This document shows, one piece after another, positions 1-12,572 of a stretch of DNA of 64,000 nt (position 1 is its first letter; every line of letters begins with the position of its first letter). This DNA comes from Eledone cirrhosa (lineage: Eukaryota): NCBI GenBank assembly GCA_964016885.1, contig OZ024753.1, positions 21,080,001 through 21,144,000 of the forward strand, read 5' to 3'. A model generated the notes under the pieces. The model had not been told where the DNA came from. It searched no databases and saw only the letters and a list, made by a program, of their open reading frames with translations. The translations under genes and the position numbers were made by a program.

Positions 1-779
1 TTTGCTAACTTATTTTCATCCAGATAACGTCTGCTACCATGATTCCGTGTTTTCCAAATTTTGTAAGAGTTTGTAGTGTGTCTGTCCTGTGATGGCTTAC
101 CTAATGCATAATAATATGCATATATTACTTCTTTATACTCTTCTTGGGTCCATTTCATCCTTTTACATTTTTCTTTTGGGGCTGGATTGGGTGGGGGAAC
201 TGGGGGGAGGGGGCTCGAGTTGGGGCAATCCCCGTGCAAGTGACCATCCAGGTCCATAATTGGAGAAGAGTTTATGCTAGCGGAAGACTTTTTGATCTCA
301 GGTTGGCACCTTCCTGAGGGACACACTTCCTGATTAACCATAGGACAAGTGATTTGATGTTCTGTATTATGTTTTTCTTCCCACAATTCAAGCTTGGATT
401 ATGGAAGGAATTGGAAGTCTATGGAATGTTGCCTGGCTCTTTGTGTAGTGCATTGGTTGGCCAGCAGTGAAATCATTGTTACCATTATAACAAGAGTATA
501 GTTATAGCCATTGCTGTTGTTGATTGAGGTGATGTGGTTATGGTTGCAACTGTAAGAGGTGTAAGCGAATTATTATTATTATTGGCTGCCAGACAGCAAA
601 AGTGATAACAGCGACAACACCAACAAGAATGACAACAACAACAAAGGCAACAACAAACCACCAACAACAACAAGAATGACAACAACACCAACAACAATAT
701 AGTCAATGAAAAACAGCAAAACAGCATCAACAAGCTGTATGATTTTAACCTTACAGAGAAAAAGTAATGTTTGGCCCAT

Positions 780-3104
780 GCAGAAAAATTTATGACAAGA
801 GAGAAAAGCTAGGCCAATTTAAACGTCCCGGCAAAGGTAATGGCAACAAAGGAGAGGAGAACTCTAAAATATTGATGCATGTTGGTCAAATCTCAAAAAG
901 CCGAAAATGCCTCTGAAGGATAGGTAGAGCAAGCACTGAAATACATCGATAATGACGACATAGACCATATAACAAGGGCCAGACAATTTGGGAGCATCTT
1001 GGTGCTCTTCAAAACTGAGGTCCCCTGCAAAACGGACCAAATCACTTTTGTCCTATAGGGGGAGGAGAACAGTAAGGGTCCGTGTTCCCAGAACTCCGCC
1101 AGGACTGGATTTATGGTGGCTCTTGGGATGCATGGTGGTAGAGGGCTCTGACACCCTCCTCGATATTAAATTTACAAAGAGCGACAGGTGGTCCGAGACT
1201 GGGTTGCAGATTCTCCTCCAAATCAGAGCTGAAGACATAAAAAGTATACCGGACCACATAAAACTACCGGATGGGTACGAAATCCAGGTAGTCACAGAGG
1301 CCAAACAGCCGCATTGTTTTGTGTGTGATGAAGTCACACACCTGAGAGCTTTTTGCCCACAATTAAAAACTGCAAGAGGCCACAAACCTCTGTTGCTGCC
1401 AATACCGGTGTTGGGAGGAGGGACAACACCAGCAGCAACAGAAAATGAAACAGCACCATTAACAACAACAGTAGTAGCAACAAGGACAATTAAATCCACC
1501 CAGGTTGTCACTCAAACAAGCTCCCACCTCCCTCTTTCAAACACATACACACAGAACAAATCGCACACACCTGTAAACATACTCCCATTCCCCTCTGACA
1601 CACAGACCCCACACACCAGTTCCTCCAGTTCTCCGAGTGAAGATAAGGAGGAATCCTAAAAGCCTAAAAAGCAAAAAACAAAAACAAAAATCCAGCTTCA
1701 CACACACCTACAAGCACACAAAACACACCCACAGCAACACCAACTCCACAACCGCCAACAACACCAACACAAGCACAAGTCATCCAAAACAAAAGAAAAC
1801 AGACGCAGACACCAAAAACAACAGACACACCAAACTTTGTGTTACTAAGGAGGGCCAACAAACAACTAATGGCCCTTGTAATACTAAGTAAAGACATTGA
1901 GAAAGAGGGAGAGAGTTTTGGCACCTGCACCCTCAAAGTGCCCCAAACACTGCAATTTGTGCGGATGCCAATACAAAATTGTAAAAATATTAGGGAGAGC
2001 TTTCTCGACGACATGGGGAACCCTAATGTAAAAGCCACGAGTAGGCTCCTAAAGGGATTCCCAATGGAAACCCCACCAACCATAGAGGTCAAACCACCCA
2101 CCTCCACAAGAGACCGGGAGGTAAGAAAACCTTTCCTCTCTCCTTTAGCCTACCAATATGGCCACATTAAGAGTAGGATGTTTAAATGTTCATGGCTTGG
2201 GGTCACCATGGAAGCAGGGTCACCTGATCAATGACCTCAGGTCTCTAGAAATGGATCAGCGAAACCAGGATTTCTGAAACGCATGCACCAGCCCCCATTT
2301 TCGATGAATATCAGATCTTCACATCTGTTAGAATGGAAGGTGGGGAGGCAGTGCTGTTTAGGAAAGGTCTGGATTTCGAGGTAAGTTTGATCTTCCGGGA
2401 CCCGGACAGTAAGTTGGTGGTCCTGGATGTGAACAATAGCAAAGGTGGTGCCTTTCGACTGGTGGCCGTCGACTGGGACCGGACGGCTAGATTTCTTTAG
2501 ATACCTGGAAGCCTTTCTGGGTACGTCTCACCCTTTACTGTTCCAACTGTCTGACAGGTACCAACTAGATTTTCCTAATGCGCCAGTGTGGACCAGGACC
2601 AACCACATAGGGTCATCTAGATCGTATATAGACAGGATATTCATTAGGAAAATAGACAGAAATAGTGTAAGCTGTCCACATTTTCAAACGGTCGCCTATT
2701 CAGATCACAAGTTTGTGATCTGCATGGTCGACCTATTACTGGAAGCTGAACATGTCATTTCTGGCATGTAAGGCTTACAGGGACTGGGTCAACAATTTAG
2801 CTAAGCAAAAGTTGGTGGAGGGGGTGGGGGGTCGTCAACAAAAGAGAGATTAGAGTAATTTCGATAGGGTTTAGCAAAGAGAAAAATAGAAAGGAGGGGG
2901 AGCTGGTAGCTAAATTAAACGAGGCTATTTGTAGTTGCATTGCAACTGACATGCTAGACTATTTCTTTAAGGCGAAACACGAAGGTTGCATTGTCAGAGC
3001 TAAGGTGCGTGTTCTGAGAAACGAAGGAACCAAAGCTGTTTGATGGGCCCGCGTTGCAGATACGCAGCATGATAATAAAACCACAATTCAGTCTTTGACT
3101 GACA
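780..3104 (+). mobile_element. Degenerate Tx1/L1-clade LINE, 5' part (ORF1 with CCHC zinc knuckle; ORF2 APE endonuclease)
   Basis: ORF 988-1659 contains CFVCDEVTHLRAFC (CX2CX4HX4C). Frameshifted ORF2 at ~2300-2770 has APE-type motifs (WT..N..SYIDRIF, YSDH). Start boundary approximate. Confidence 0.75.
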
Positions 3105-3730
3105 ACATCATCATTTTACATGCGCTTTTCCCTGCTTGCAAGGGTTGGACGGGTCCTATTCAGCACAGCATCTCTCCACTTGTCACGGTCCTTCGTCATC
3201 TCTTCGGTGAGTTTCAGTGATCTGAGGTCTGCTCTCACCAACTCCGCCCATGTTTTTCGTGGCCTACCTCTACTGCGTCTTCCCTCCACTGGGACTCCCT
3301 GGTACTTCTTCACCCAGCGCTCATCCTCCATGCGCATCACATGCCCATACCATCTCAGCCTTCTCTCCTGCACACCACAACTTATCCCTCTTATACCCAG
3401 TTTCTTTCTCAACTCGTCCATGCTTGGTCGTTCACACACATTGACATTGCACATCCAATGGAGCACACTTGCTTCATTTCTCTCCAGCCATCGCATATCC
3501 TCTACCATGCAGCATCGTGCACCTCATAGAGGCATCATATATAACCGTCCTTTCGTATGCCGGGAGAAACGCTTCTTTGTCAACAGAGGAAGCAGCTCCC
3601 TAAACTTCTTCCAACCCGTCTTTATTCTAGATACTATGGCCTCAGAACACCCCCCTCCCAAGCTAATCTGAGTTTCTAGGTACCGGAAGCTATCAACCAC
3701 TTCTATAGAACCCACCTGCATTGGAAAAAT
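3105..3730 (-). mobile_element. RTE-clade LINE 3' fragment inserted in the Tx1-like element
   Basis: ORFs 3116-3508 and 3524-3721 give [28 protein letters not shown] and GRRSRGRPRKTW; (ATG)n-like tail near 3105. Confidence 0.9.
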
Positions 3731-3839
3731 GTGTCTATCACTGCAACTTCTACTGCCAACTTTCTCTGTACATCTACTGCCTACGTAGTTTTCCCTACAT
3801 GTTATTTTGCCTGCTATCCCACTACATCTCTTGAACTGA

Positions 3840-4195
3840 GCAATTCCAGGCGGATGTGTAAAGCCTTTCGCCAGTGTTTTGCTCGGTTGTTCGGGGGAAG
3901 TGGTGGGTCAGAGAAATCCCTACCTCGACGGCTTGCCACGCCTCTCGACATCTGATGCTGAACGCTGTGAAAGGCCAATAACTTCAGTTCAGCACCTGGA
4001 GAGGCAAGTCCATACCATCTAACACCATCGTTGGGTGCTGGACGGACGGACCAGTAAAGTAGCTTGGATTTGGTTCGGGCCAGACCTCCAGGTGGATAAG
4101 AATTGGGATGAGATGACGGGCAGGGTAGCCAGTCTCACCCAGAAATGGACTGCAAGGAAGCCATCACTGAAAGGTTGGGCAGAGGTGGCGTACAT
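3840..4195 (+). mobile_element. Tx1/L1-clade LINE ORF2 remnant (internally deleted continuation)
   Basis: Peptide IWFGPDLQVDKNWDEMTGRV..LTQKWTARKPSLKGWAEVA resembles the post-RT region of L1/Tx1 ORF2. Confidence 0.6.
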
Positions 4196-6008
4196 GTACA
4201 TCACATCCTTGCAATTGCTCATCATTTTTTGCAAAATTTTCAGGTCTTCCATGCAGAACAAGTGATTAATGGTTTTGTCATAGACTTTATATCCATGTTT
4301 TGTTTCATTGAGCATTTTACTTAATGGTATAAGTGCGATGCAGAATAAAAGTGGTGATAATGAGTCACACTGGAAAATTCCACAATTAATATTAACTTCT
4401 CCAGCTTCCAGTGATTTTTTTTTCACTATTCAAAAGGAGTGTCGTTTACCATGTCTTCATACTGAATGACAGGAACCTCCTGACAACGGAAGATATTTTG
4501 AAAATCTCTAAACACTTTTCAATCCAACTGTGTGGCAAACTATTGAATGCTTTTTTGTATCTATTATGACAATCTTCCAGTATCATTTTGTTAATCAAAA
4601 GCTGATCCTTACAGCCATATGAGCCTCGTTTACATCCTTTCTGCTCATTGGGAAATAGATCATTTGTTATCAGGTGATCATGTGTATTCAGTTAGGATTG
4701 ATGTTAAGATTTTATACAGTGTGGTCAAGCAAGTTATCAGTCTGTAATTTTTTGAATTAGTTGTCTCATCATTCTTTGGAAGTAAGAAATTAATGCCATT
4801 AACTAGACATGATGGTATCTTTTGGGCTAAGAGCTCATGAGACTCTGAAGACATTTATCCAAATATTTGTTGGATTTTCTAAGAGCTAAACACAGATGTT
4901 CAACTGTTATATTTTCCCATGTTTGCTCCTCAAGGTGAGCTGTATTTGTCTGTCTATCCATGGGGCATGTATATTATGAACATTTTCTTCAGCTCAGATC
5001 TTTTCCCAGAATTCTTGCACTTCCTCCTTGGGTGGTGTTGATTTAGCAGTTATTGTTGACTTGCCAATTTTTCTGTAGAAGTGTTTTTGAACATATTATT
5101 GTCCTTATAGAACCGTTTTTCAAAGTGCCTTATACGAACAGCTTTGGCCGACACTTTTGATTTTATATTGTATTTTCTTTTTAATTTTCTGAGTTTAGTT
5201 TGTTTAACATGTTCACCCTTTGTAGTTTGCTAAAATTTCCGTCAGATCGAAGAAGGTTTATTTCACAATTGATGTGAAATTGCCAAATAAGTTTTTTGTG
5301 GAAATTCCTTTGTTTTTTCATTTTCACTACACATAGTGAGTGGTGACTTTAGTCGATGCATAATAGAGATGATTTAGATCAGTAATGTTTAGTTTGTTTG
5401 TGATGATAATGTTTTTGAGAATTATGTTAGTCTTGTGTATTATCCTTTGGTTTTGTTTGGATTTCTGGATCTTAGGGAGAGTGTCTCATTCCCCCATGTC
5501 AGATTCTTTTATTTGCATCCATTCAATCATAATTTCATTCTTCAAGTTGGCAAGTTCATTTACATTCATTTCTTTATCATTGATGATCTCCTCATTGTTT
5601 TCATTTTGAGTTTCATTTTGAGCATGCACTTCTTACACTTTTTCAATCCTTTCATTAATTTGTTCTGCTGTCAGTGATTCTGCCCCAACCCTGGGAATTA
5701 AGGTGTTACAATTTACTTTGTTTTCACTGACACATGTTTCATTTTCTTTTCGATGACTTTGCACTAATTACTAGATCTGATCAATTTCTATGTCAGTTAG
5801 TAACTTCTTAACAATGTTTCTCCGTATATTGACTAGTTTGTTACTGTCAATATAGCCTCTGTTTTCAGGATGTTTCCTTTTCCAGTTGATATATGTCTGT
5901 TCTGTATTCAATCTATTTGATGAGCAGTACATGACAGTGTAGAAAGCCTCAAGGACTTCTTTATTGTCTTCCCTTGACTATTTTTCTCTCTTTTTCTTTG
6001 GATTTGGT
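4196..6008 (-). mobile_element. Degenerate R4/Dong-like (RLE-type) non-LTR retrotransposon, N-terminus and RT
   Basis: Minus-strand peptides include FPNEQKGCKRGSYGCKDQLLINKMILED, GIFQCDSLSPLLFCIALIPLS and INHLFCMEDLK (decayed YMDD); the N-terminal region has WKRKHPE. Confidence 0.75.
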
Positions 6009-7400
6009 GGCTCACTCTCCGTCTGGTTGAAGCTCTGCCCCAACCACAAATTTCTTCAGTAGCCTGCAGTAAGTTGTCACATAAGAAATCGTCCTCTTTT
6101 TCATCATACATGTCTTGAAGGGCTTTGCTAAATTTATATTTTAATGAAAGGTCTTTTAGCTTCCAGACCTTTCTTTTCCACACCTTACTGTATGTCTCAT
6201 TCTTTCTCATGCTTACTGAGATGTCACTAATGACTAGCCTATGCTGTGGGGTACATTCTTCCCCAGGGTATGCCTTAGTATTTGACACCATCTGTCTGTC
6301 TCGCTGTCTAACTAGCAGGAAGTCAATCTGGCTTATGTGCTCGCCTGATTTGTAGGTTTTTAGGTGGTTGGTAGGCTTCTGAAAGTTAGTGTTGCAAATG
6401 GTTAGTGCATTTGCATCACAAATTTCAAGAAGCCTCACTCCTTCTTCCTTTCTTGAGCCATAACCGTGCCAACCATGTACCCCAGTATATCCATCCTGGA
6501 GCTGTCCAACATCTCCATTGAAGTCCCCTGCTAGCATAACGATGTCTCTGTCCTCTGTCATTGAGGCTGTTTGTAAAAGTTGCCCATAAAAGCAGTCTTT
6601 CTCTTCTTTACCTAGGCCTGCCTGGGGAACATAGGCAGATATGATTGTCAGTAGTCTCTTGCCTACAACTAATCTAAGCTTAATTATTCTATCACTATCT
6701 CTAACTACCTCTATTGTCTTATTGATCCACCTCTCAGCCAGTAATATGCCCACCACACCTAACCCATCATCATTACCGACCCAGAAAAGCTTATAACTAC
6801 GATGTTTGCCTGCGATTAGTCTTGCAGAGGCACCTCTCCATCTCACCTCTTGCACACAGCACACATCCACATGCCTTCTCTCCAGCATCTCCGCTATCTC
6901 ACCAGATCTACCTGTTAGAGTGCCAACATTAAGTGTGGCAACTCTGAGATGCAACGTCTCGTTCTTTTTCCTGTTGAGCGATTGCTTGATGACGGTCGGG
7001 GGGTTGTCACACATGGCCTCACTAGCCACCCCACTACCGTGCGCAGCCTTAACATGGTTAGTGTAATTGCTGTTTACGCAGTTGTTTTTGTGCGATTGCT
7101 TGATGACAGTCGGGGGGGGTTCTCGCACATAGCCGCACCAGCCACCCCACTACTGTGCGCAGCCCTAACATGGTTAGTGTTATTGCTGTTGTCATAATTT
7201 TGGCATTTATTATACTGGTTGGATTTCCTTCCTAACACCAGCACCACTTTACAGCATGGACTCGGTGCTTTTATTCATGCCACCAGCACTAGAGAGATCG
7301 TCTTACTGGACTCAGGGGCCCTATCCACGCCTCCATTTTACAGTATGGACTGAGTGCTTTTATTCATACCACCAGCACTAAAGAGGTTGTCTTGCTGGAC
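6009..7400 (-). mobile_element. RTE-clade LINE 5' part (5' UTR and APE endonuclease)
   Basis: ORF 5908-7128 has TLNVGTL, CVQEVRW, AGDFNG, SQIDFLL and QHRLV. It carries a ~106 bp internal duplication at ~6975-7190. Same family as 46476-49610. Confidence 0.9.
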
Positions 7401-8299
7401 TTAGGGGACTTCTCTACCCCGCACCAAATTATTCGGAGTGGTAGCTCTCCTAGACGGGTTGCCTACACTACGGCTTACGGAGCCTCCGTCCACCCCTTGT
7501 CTGTTCGATAATATATTCACAAGGAAGCGGTGATCGTACAGCGTCGGGCATGTATACCAAACGTGGTGGAGATGGGGTGGGTAGTGAGAAGGAAATATGG
7601 CTATATGCACAAATTTAAATATTAACATTCACATTACATATACATACTCATATATATATATATCTATATATATTTGTCACATACCTACATATATATATAA
7701 ATATGTACAAATCTCATGCGAACCGAAAATTCTTGGAGATACGAATAATAATAATAAACTTGAACTTATCTCAATGGATTCTCCAAATACGAGTTTATTT
7801 ACACTCACACAATCTTAAGATTTTTTACAAGCTGATATTTGAATTTCAACTCTGTCCAGCTTGGTGTACCACTTTGAAAAATGTCAAGCAACATGTACAT
7901 TAACTACATATAATCAATCAACATAATTTACTATTTATAATTGATAATATCAATTGCATTTATGGAACTGAAACATCGAGTATGACACAACTGCAAAGAC
8001 GTCAAATTGGTACTACAACTGTCATCACAACCTTAAAGAAAAGGACCTTAAACTCCATACTTTGGGATTATGTATTTTTTGTATATATCTGCTTGAGCTG
8101 TATAATTCTATACTTAATGCTTACATACTTCACAAATATTACATTTTTCCGCATGAACATTGACTAACATTATAAAACTTTTCACCTAAAACTAATATAT
8201 CTTATGATACTTATAATATGTAACACCTACATGTATGCCCTTACTACACAATTGTCTTACATTTATTGCATGTACTCTGATATTATTAACATTCCAGAA

Positions 8300-8486
8300 G
8301 CGGTGGATTGGCAGTATCGGTAGAGGGTCGGACGCCACGCTTTGCAGCACAGAGGTGCGTCCCTTTGCGGTCTAAGTTCAAATCCTGCCGAGGTTAACTT
8401 TGCCTTTCATCCTTACGGGGTCGATAAAATAAAGTACCAGTAATGTACTGGGTAATTGCTGGCCTTGTGCCAAAAGTAGAAACAAT
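8300..8486 (+). mobile_element. tRNA-derived SINE (octopod-type)
   Basis: A-box-like TGGCAGTATCGG, B-box GTTCAAATCC, and core GAGGTTAACTTTGCCTTTCATCC..GGGGTCGATAAAATAAAGTACCAG repeated many times in the window. Confidence 0.85.
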
Positions 8487-8751
8487 ATATATGTGTGTCT
8501 GTGCATGTATATATATGTGTTTGTGTGTGTGTGCATGTGTGTGTGTGTGTATAAGGGGTGAATATTTAATTGCTATTGTAAAAGAAGCCAGTGAAAAATA
8601 AAAATGTGCGATACTTAGAATACGTTTCTCTATCTTTTTTTTATCCCAAGTGTGATCCATTTATATTACTTCAATTACAGCCACAATTAATTTTTTTTCT
8701 TCTTTTTATTGCTCCTATTGATACTTTTAATTTTTGTTATTCTCCAAAATA

Positions 8752-8883
8752 ATTATTTCTACTTTTGGCACAAGGCCAGCATTATCCCAGTACATTACTG
8801 GTACTTTATTTTATCGACCCTGTAAGGATGAAAGGCAACGTTAACCTCGGCGGGATTTGAACTCAGACCATAAAGGGCCGTAA
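8752..8883 (-). mobile_element. Same SINE family, inverted 5'-truncated copy
   Basis: Reverse complement of ~8360-8486. Confidence 0.85.
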
Positions 8884-8932
8884 TCCAAAATAATGGTTTT
8901 AGATTTATAGCGAAGATACTGGGTTGTATGAA

Positions 8933-9457
8933 TGTAACACGGAGACATGGTTTGTGTATAATATTTAATTAACAATCATGGATATAGATAGAACAGTATA
9001 GTTGAAATGTCAAAGTAATAGATGATAGAATGAAGCAAAGTTAGTAGTTACCGTTTTGATTGCCAGGCAAACGCGAGACGCCTGGCGAAGGCCAGGCGCC
9101 GGAAGGGCAAAAGAGAGGGAGAGAGCCGAAGGCTATTCGTTTTATAGGGCTCTGCCGGAAGTTACAGAAAGGGTTTTACTTCCCGTCTAGATGTTAATCT
9201 ATTGGGGTTGTGAGTCACAACAAGGGAGACAACCGCTACAGATTTCTCTATGTAATTATTTCTCATAGACAGTTTCAAGTTGTGCAGCACATCAGATAAT
9301 TATTCATGTACAGAATCTGTAATGCATTAGTCTTTCTATGAGTAGGGGTTGTTAGTATGTGTTAGACCCTTCCCTATATATGGAGAAAGAGATACTCTCG
9401 GTGTAGCCAATTCAGAGAGAGAGAGAGAAACAAGCCAGAGGAGAAAAATTGACTACA
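8933..9457 (-). mobile_element. Possible solo LTR
   Basis: TG...CA-bounded non-coding segment with a minus-strand TATAAAA next to a GC-rich patch. No TSD found. Confidence 0.3.
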
Positions 9458-9588
9458 GCTTATTTAGCCACTCCAAAAAGCTTAAAAGTAAATTAATTCT
9501 CAGTAATAATGAGTAAAAAAAATACCATATTAATGTCTCCCATGATTGTATTCTTTCAATTATTACCCAAGATTCATACTTCTACTAC

Positions 9589-9634
9589 TGTACCAGTGCA
9601 TAACAAGGTGCAAGCCTTGTTATGCACTGGTACA
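9589..9634. repeat. Perfect 20-bp-stem hairpin
   Basis: TGTACCAGTGCATAACAAGG-tgcaag-CCTTGTTATGCACTGGTACA. Confidence 0.9.
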
Positions 9635-10199
9635 AGTATCTGTGGAATGCTCAGCCACTTGTTAGTTTACTAGCAGACTGTTCCATTGATATCGAACAAC
9701 TGGAAAAGTCATCGTGTTTGTCACTAGCCATGCTAGAAATCACAGTCAAATTTGGCTTCAAACACACACTTCTGTTTAAAAATAAGTGAAGGTCGCTTTA
9801 GATAATGTCGTTAGTTCTACAACCCCCCTAAAATGGATTGTCATGGATGGTAGTGCTTTGATTTTCTTTTATATCTACTCTATGTTGGCTGGTATTGGGC
9901 TTTGTCAAATAGAGAGCATCTTTCACACGCACACACATATATAGTATAAATAAAGTTTCAAAAATACGAAAAAATATATACATACAGACGTATATATACA
10001 CACATACATATACACACACAACTACTTGATCAGATTCACACCTACACCTATGTAATCACACGTTTACAGATATGCCTGTGTGTATATGTAGGCATGTATG
10101 TATACAGAGAGAGAGATGACTTGCCTGTGGAATTGTCAGGAAGTAGGTCAAAAATGTTCACACCTCAAGAAATAAATAGAAAGTGAATATAAGGTTTTA

Positions 10200-10640
10200 T
10201 TTATTCTTCTATAGCTAAGGGTTAACATGAATACTGAATTAGAGATAGTGAGTTTGGCTTTTACATCTACCTCCCTTTTTCTGATGACCAAATGCTGAAG
10301 CTGGTGTAGTAATGCACCAGTCTCTGCAATTGTTACACTTAATTCAGCCATGTGCCTTCCATCACTCATGAAACTTGGCCCCGAGATACTTCAACTTCTC
10401 CACCTGCTTCAGTGGCACTCCATTCACATGTAGAGTGCACTGCACAGGCTTCCCTGAGAAGACAAGTATCTCAGTCTTCACAGCACTGATGGTCATTCCC
10501 GCCATGCAGCACTTAGCATCAAACCTATCAAGTGCAAGTTGGAGATCACCTTCTGTCGAGTTAAGTAACACCATGTCATCTGCAAATTCCAGCCGATTGA
10601 TCCGATATCCACCAGTCTCAATACAATTTCCATGGATCAA
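10200..10640 (-). mobile_element. RTE/Expander-like LINE RT fragment
   Basis: LEFADDMVLL..DLQLALDRF..GMTISAVKTE..LKQVEKLKYLG. Confidence 0.8.
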
Positions 10641-10749
10641 TGGACAGCTTTTTGTTGCCCTGGTGTTTCCATACAAATGCCCTCGTATTTCATAGTCCAC
10701 CTTGTAAAGTGGTAGTGCTGCTGTCATGCAAAAATTCACCTAATGTTCT

Positions 10750-10920
10750 ACATAAAGTGGTTCGTGTTAGGAAGGAGTAGTCATAGAAACCATGCCAAAT
10801 ATGAAATGTGAAAGCATGACGAGGTTCTCCAACCTGCCTAGACTCAGGCTTTCATGACCTGTCCAACCCATGCTAGCATGGAAGGAGAATGTATAACGAT
10901 GATGACAAATGATGATGATA
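10750..10920 (+). mobile_element. RTE-family 3' tail remnant
   Basis: CCAACCCATGCTAGCATGGAA followed by a (GAT)n tail, shared with the RTE ends near 38050 and 45275. Confidence 0.6.
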
Positions 10921-11111
10921 TATAATTTTAAAAAACTTACAAACAAAGAGATGCAAATTAGTTAATGTTATTAGGTTCATACTTTGGGTGAAAGAGAGAG
11001 AAAAAGGAAGTTCAACATATTGGACTTAAGCTCAGGAGAGTATGAGTAGAAAAATTAGGAAAAAAATTAAAAGAAAATAAAAAATAGAAAAAGGGGGACA
11101 TGTGTGTTTGG

Positions 11112-11166
<55 letters not shown>

Positions 11167-11170
<4 letters not shown>

Positions 11171-11648
11171 GCGACGCGGTTAGTCAGTCTGGTCACTACT
11201 TCTGATCAGATCCGAGAATAGCCCTTAGAAGGACTGTTATCGCATACGGTCTGATCAGATCTGAAGATAGCCTTTAAAAGAACTGTGGTCACATACGGTA
11301 AGGATGAACAGACGAAAGCACAAGTTGAAAGGACGAGCAAGGCGAGAGATGTAGTTTCGATCAGCTATTTATTTTCACATGAAGCGACGATACAAGGTAC
11401 AAGACGTGTGTGAGTGACAAGCGTGGCAGAGGAGAGGAACAACGATACGCGAGTTGACTCTGCCAAAGTCGACTGGCGAAAGTGTTTGGAACCACTCTAT
11501 TTATACAGAAATAATCGTTTGATGTTTAGCCGCTGCATAGGCATTTTATTCTGGTGGATTCTAAGGGTTGTTTGTTTCACGGTGAGGTAGCTAGCTAACA
11601 GATAGATGGAGCTGTATATTTCACAGATGTTATTTCCGGTGCTGTACA
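11167..11648 (-). repeat. 3' LTR of the Gypsy element
   Basis: TGT...ACA; near-identical to 15971-16427 apart from a ~25 bp indel. PPT-like GGCAGGGGATAA lies next to it on the minus strand (11649-11660). Confidence 0.9.
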
Positions 11649-12572
11649 TTATCCCCTGCCAGATCTTTTGTACAACAAAAGAGCGAAATATCGTATAGTA
11701 ATGGGCCAGTGGTGCATTTGTCATGACAATAGCCCAAGGAGTGTCCAGCACGTTGTGAAATTTTGTCATCATCGAGTATAGGACAGAGTCGATGTAGAGA
11801 TTATATGGCAAGATGTGTGTGTCAGGAAGAGAAAAAAGAAATAAAATATAAAATGACTTTGACAAGATTTATGCAGGCGTGATGAATGAGCCTGTTGCAA
11901 TTTGGGTTGAGCTGCCTGTGAATTGCGTGACAAAAAGTCTAACTGGGCAGTGAAGATAACCGTAATGTGTGAACTGAATGGCCGTAAGCATGCTGCCTAA
12001 AAGTAACAGTTTGGTCCACAGCATATGACTTGAGCGAATGCATGTGGTAAAAAAATAGAGAGGCATTCTCGAGCTATTGAGTGAATGTGTACGTGAAAAA
12101 AGAAGGCCAGTGTTTTGAAGATGTGATTTGTGAAATGTGTGATCAAAGAGAAAACATTTTGTAGTGTAAGAGTTAGAGATACACAAATATCTACTGCTCA
12201 GTGTATGAACCAAAAGGTGAAACAAACGTGGTTGTGTAGTGTGCATGAAAAACAGAATATGTACACGCCTTGTATTTATATAAAAATTATGGCAATTACA
12301 CAATTAATGTTGCAGAACAAGAAAAAAAAGAGAGAGAAGAAAAAAATGTTATACACAATGCTATACACAATGTTTGTTCTTAAATAGTGTTTGTAATAGA
12401 TAATGTTCATAATAAATAATGTTCTTCGTGACATGAGCACATGGTCACTAAAAATTGCAATTGTTCAAGCAGAAAGTTCATTGTATTTGAAACTGGAAAT
12501 AGTAAACACAAGAAAAATGGAAATGTTTTGCAAGAAGAATGATTAAGAAACTCACTTGAGGTTAACGGTAAT

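Noticed and set aside
485-779. Cys-rich and hydrophobic ORFs (similar ones at 36065-36914)
   Set aside because: They derive from (CAA)n/(TTG)n trinucleotide repeats.
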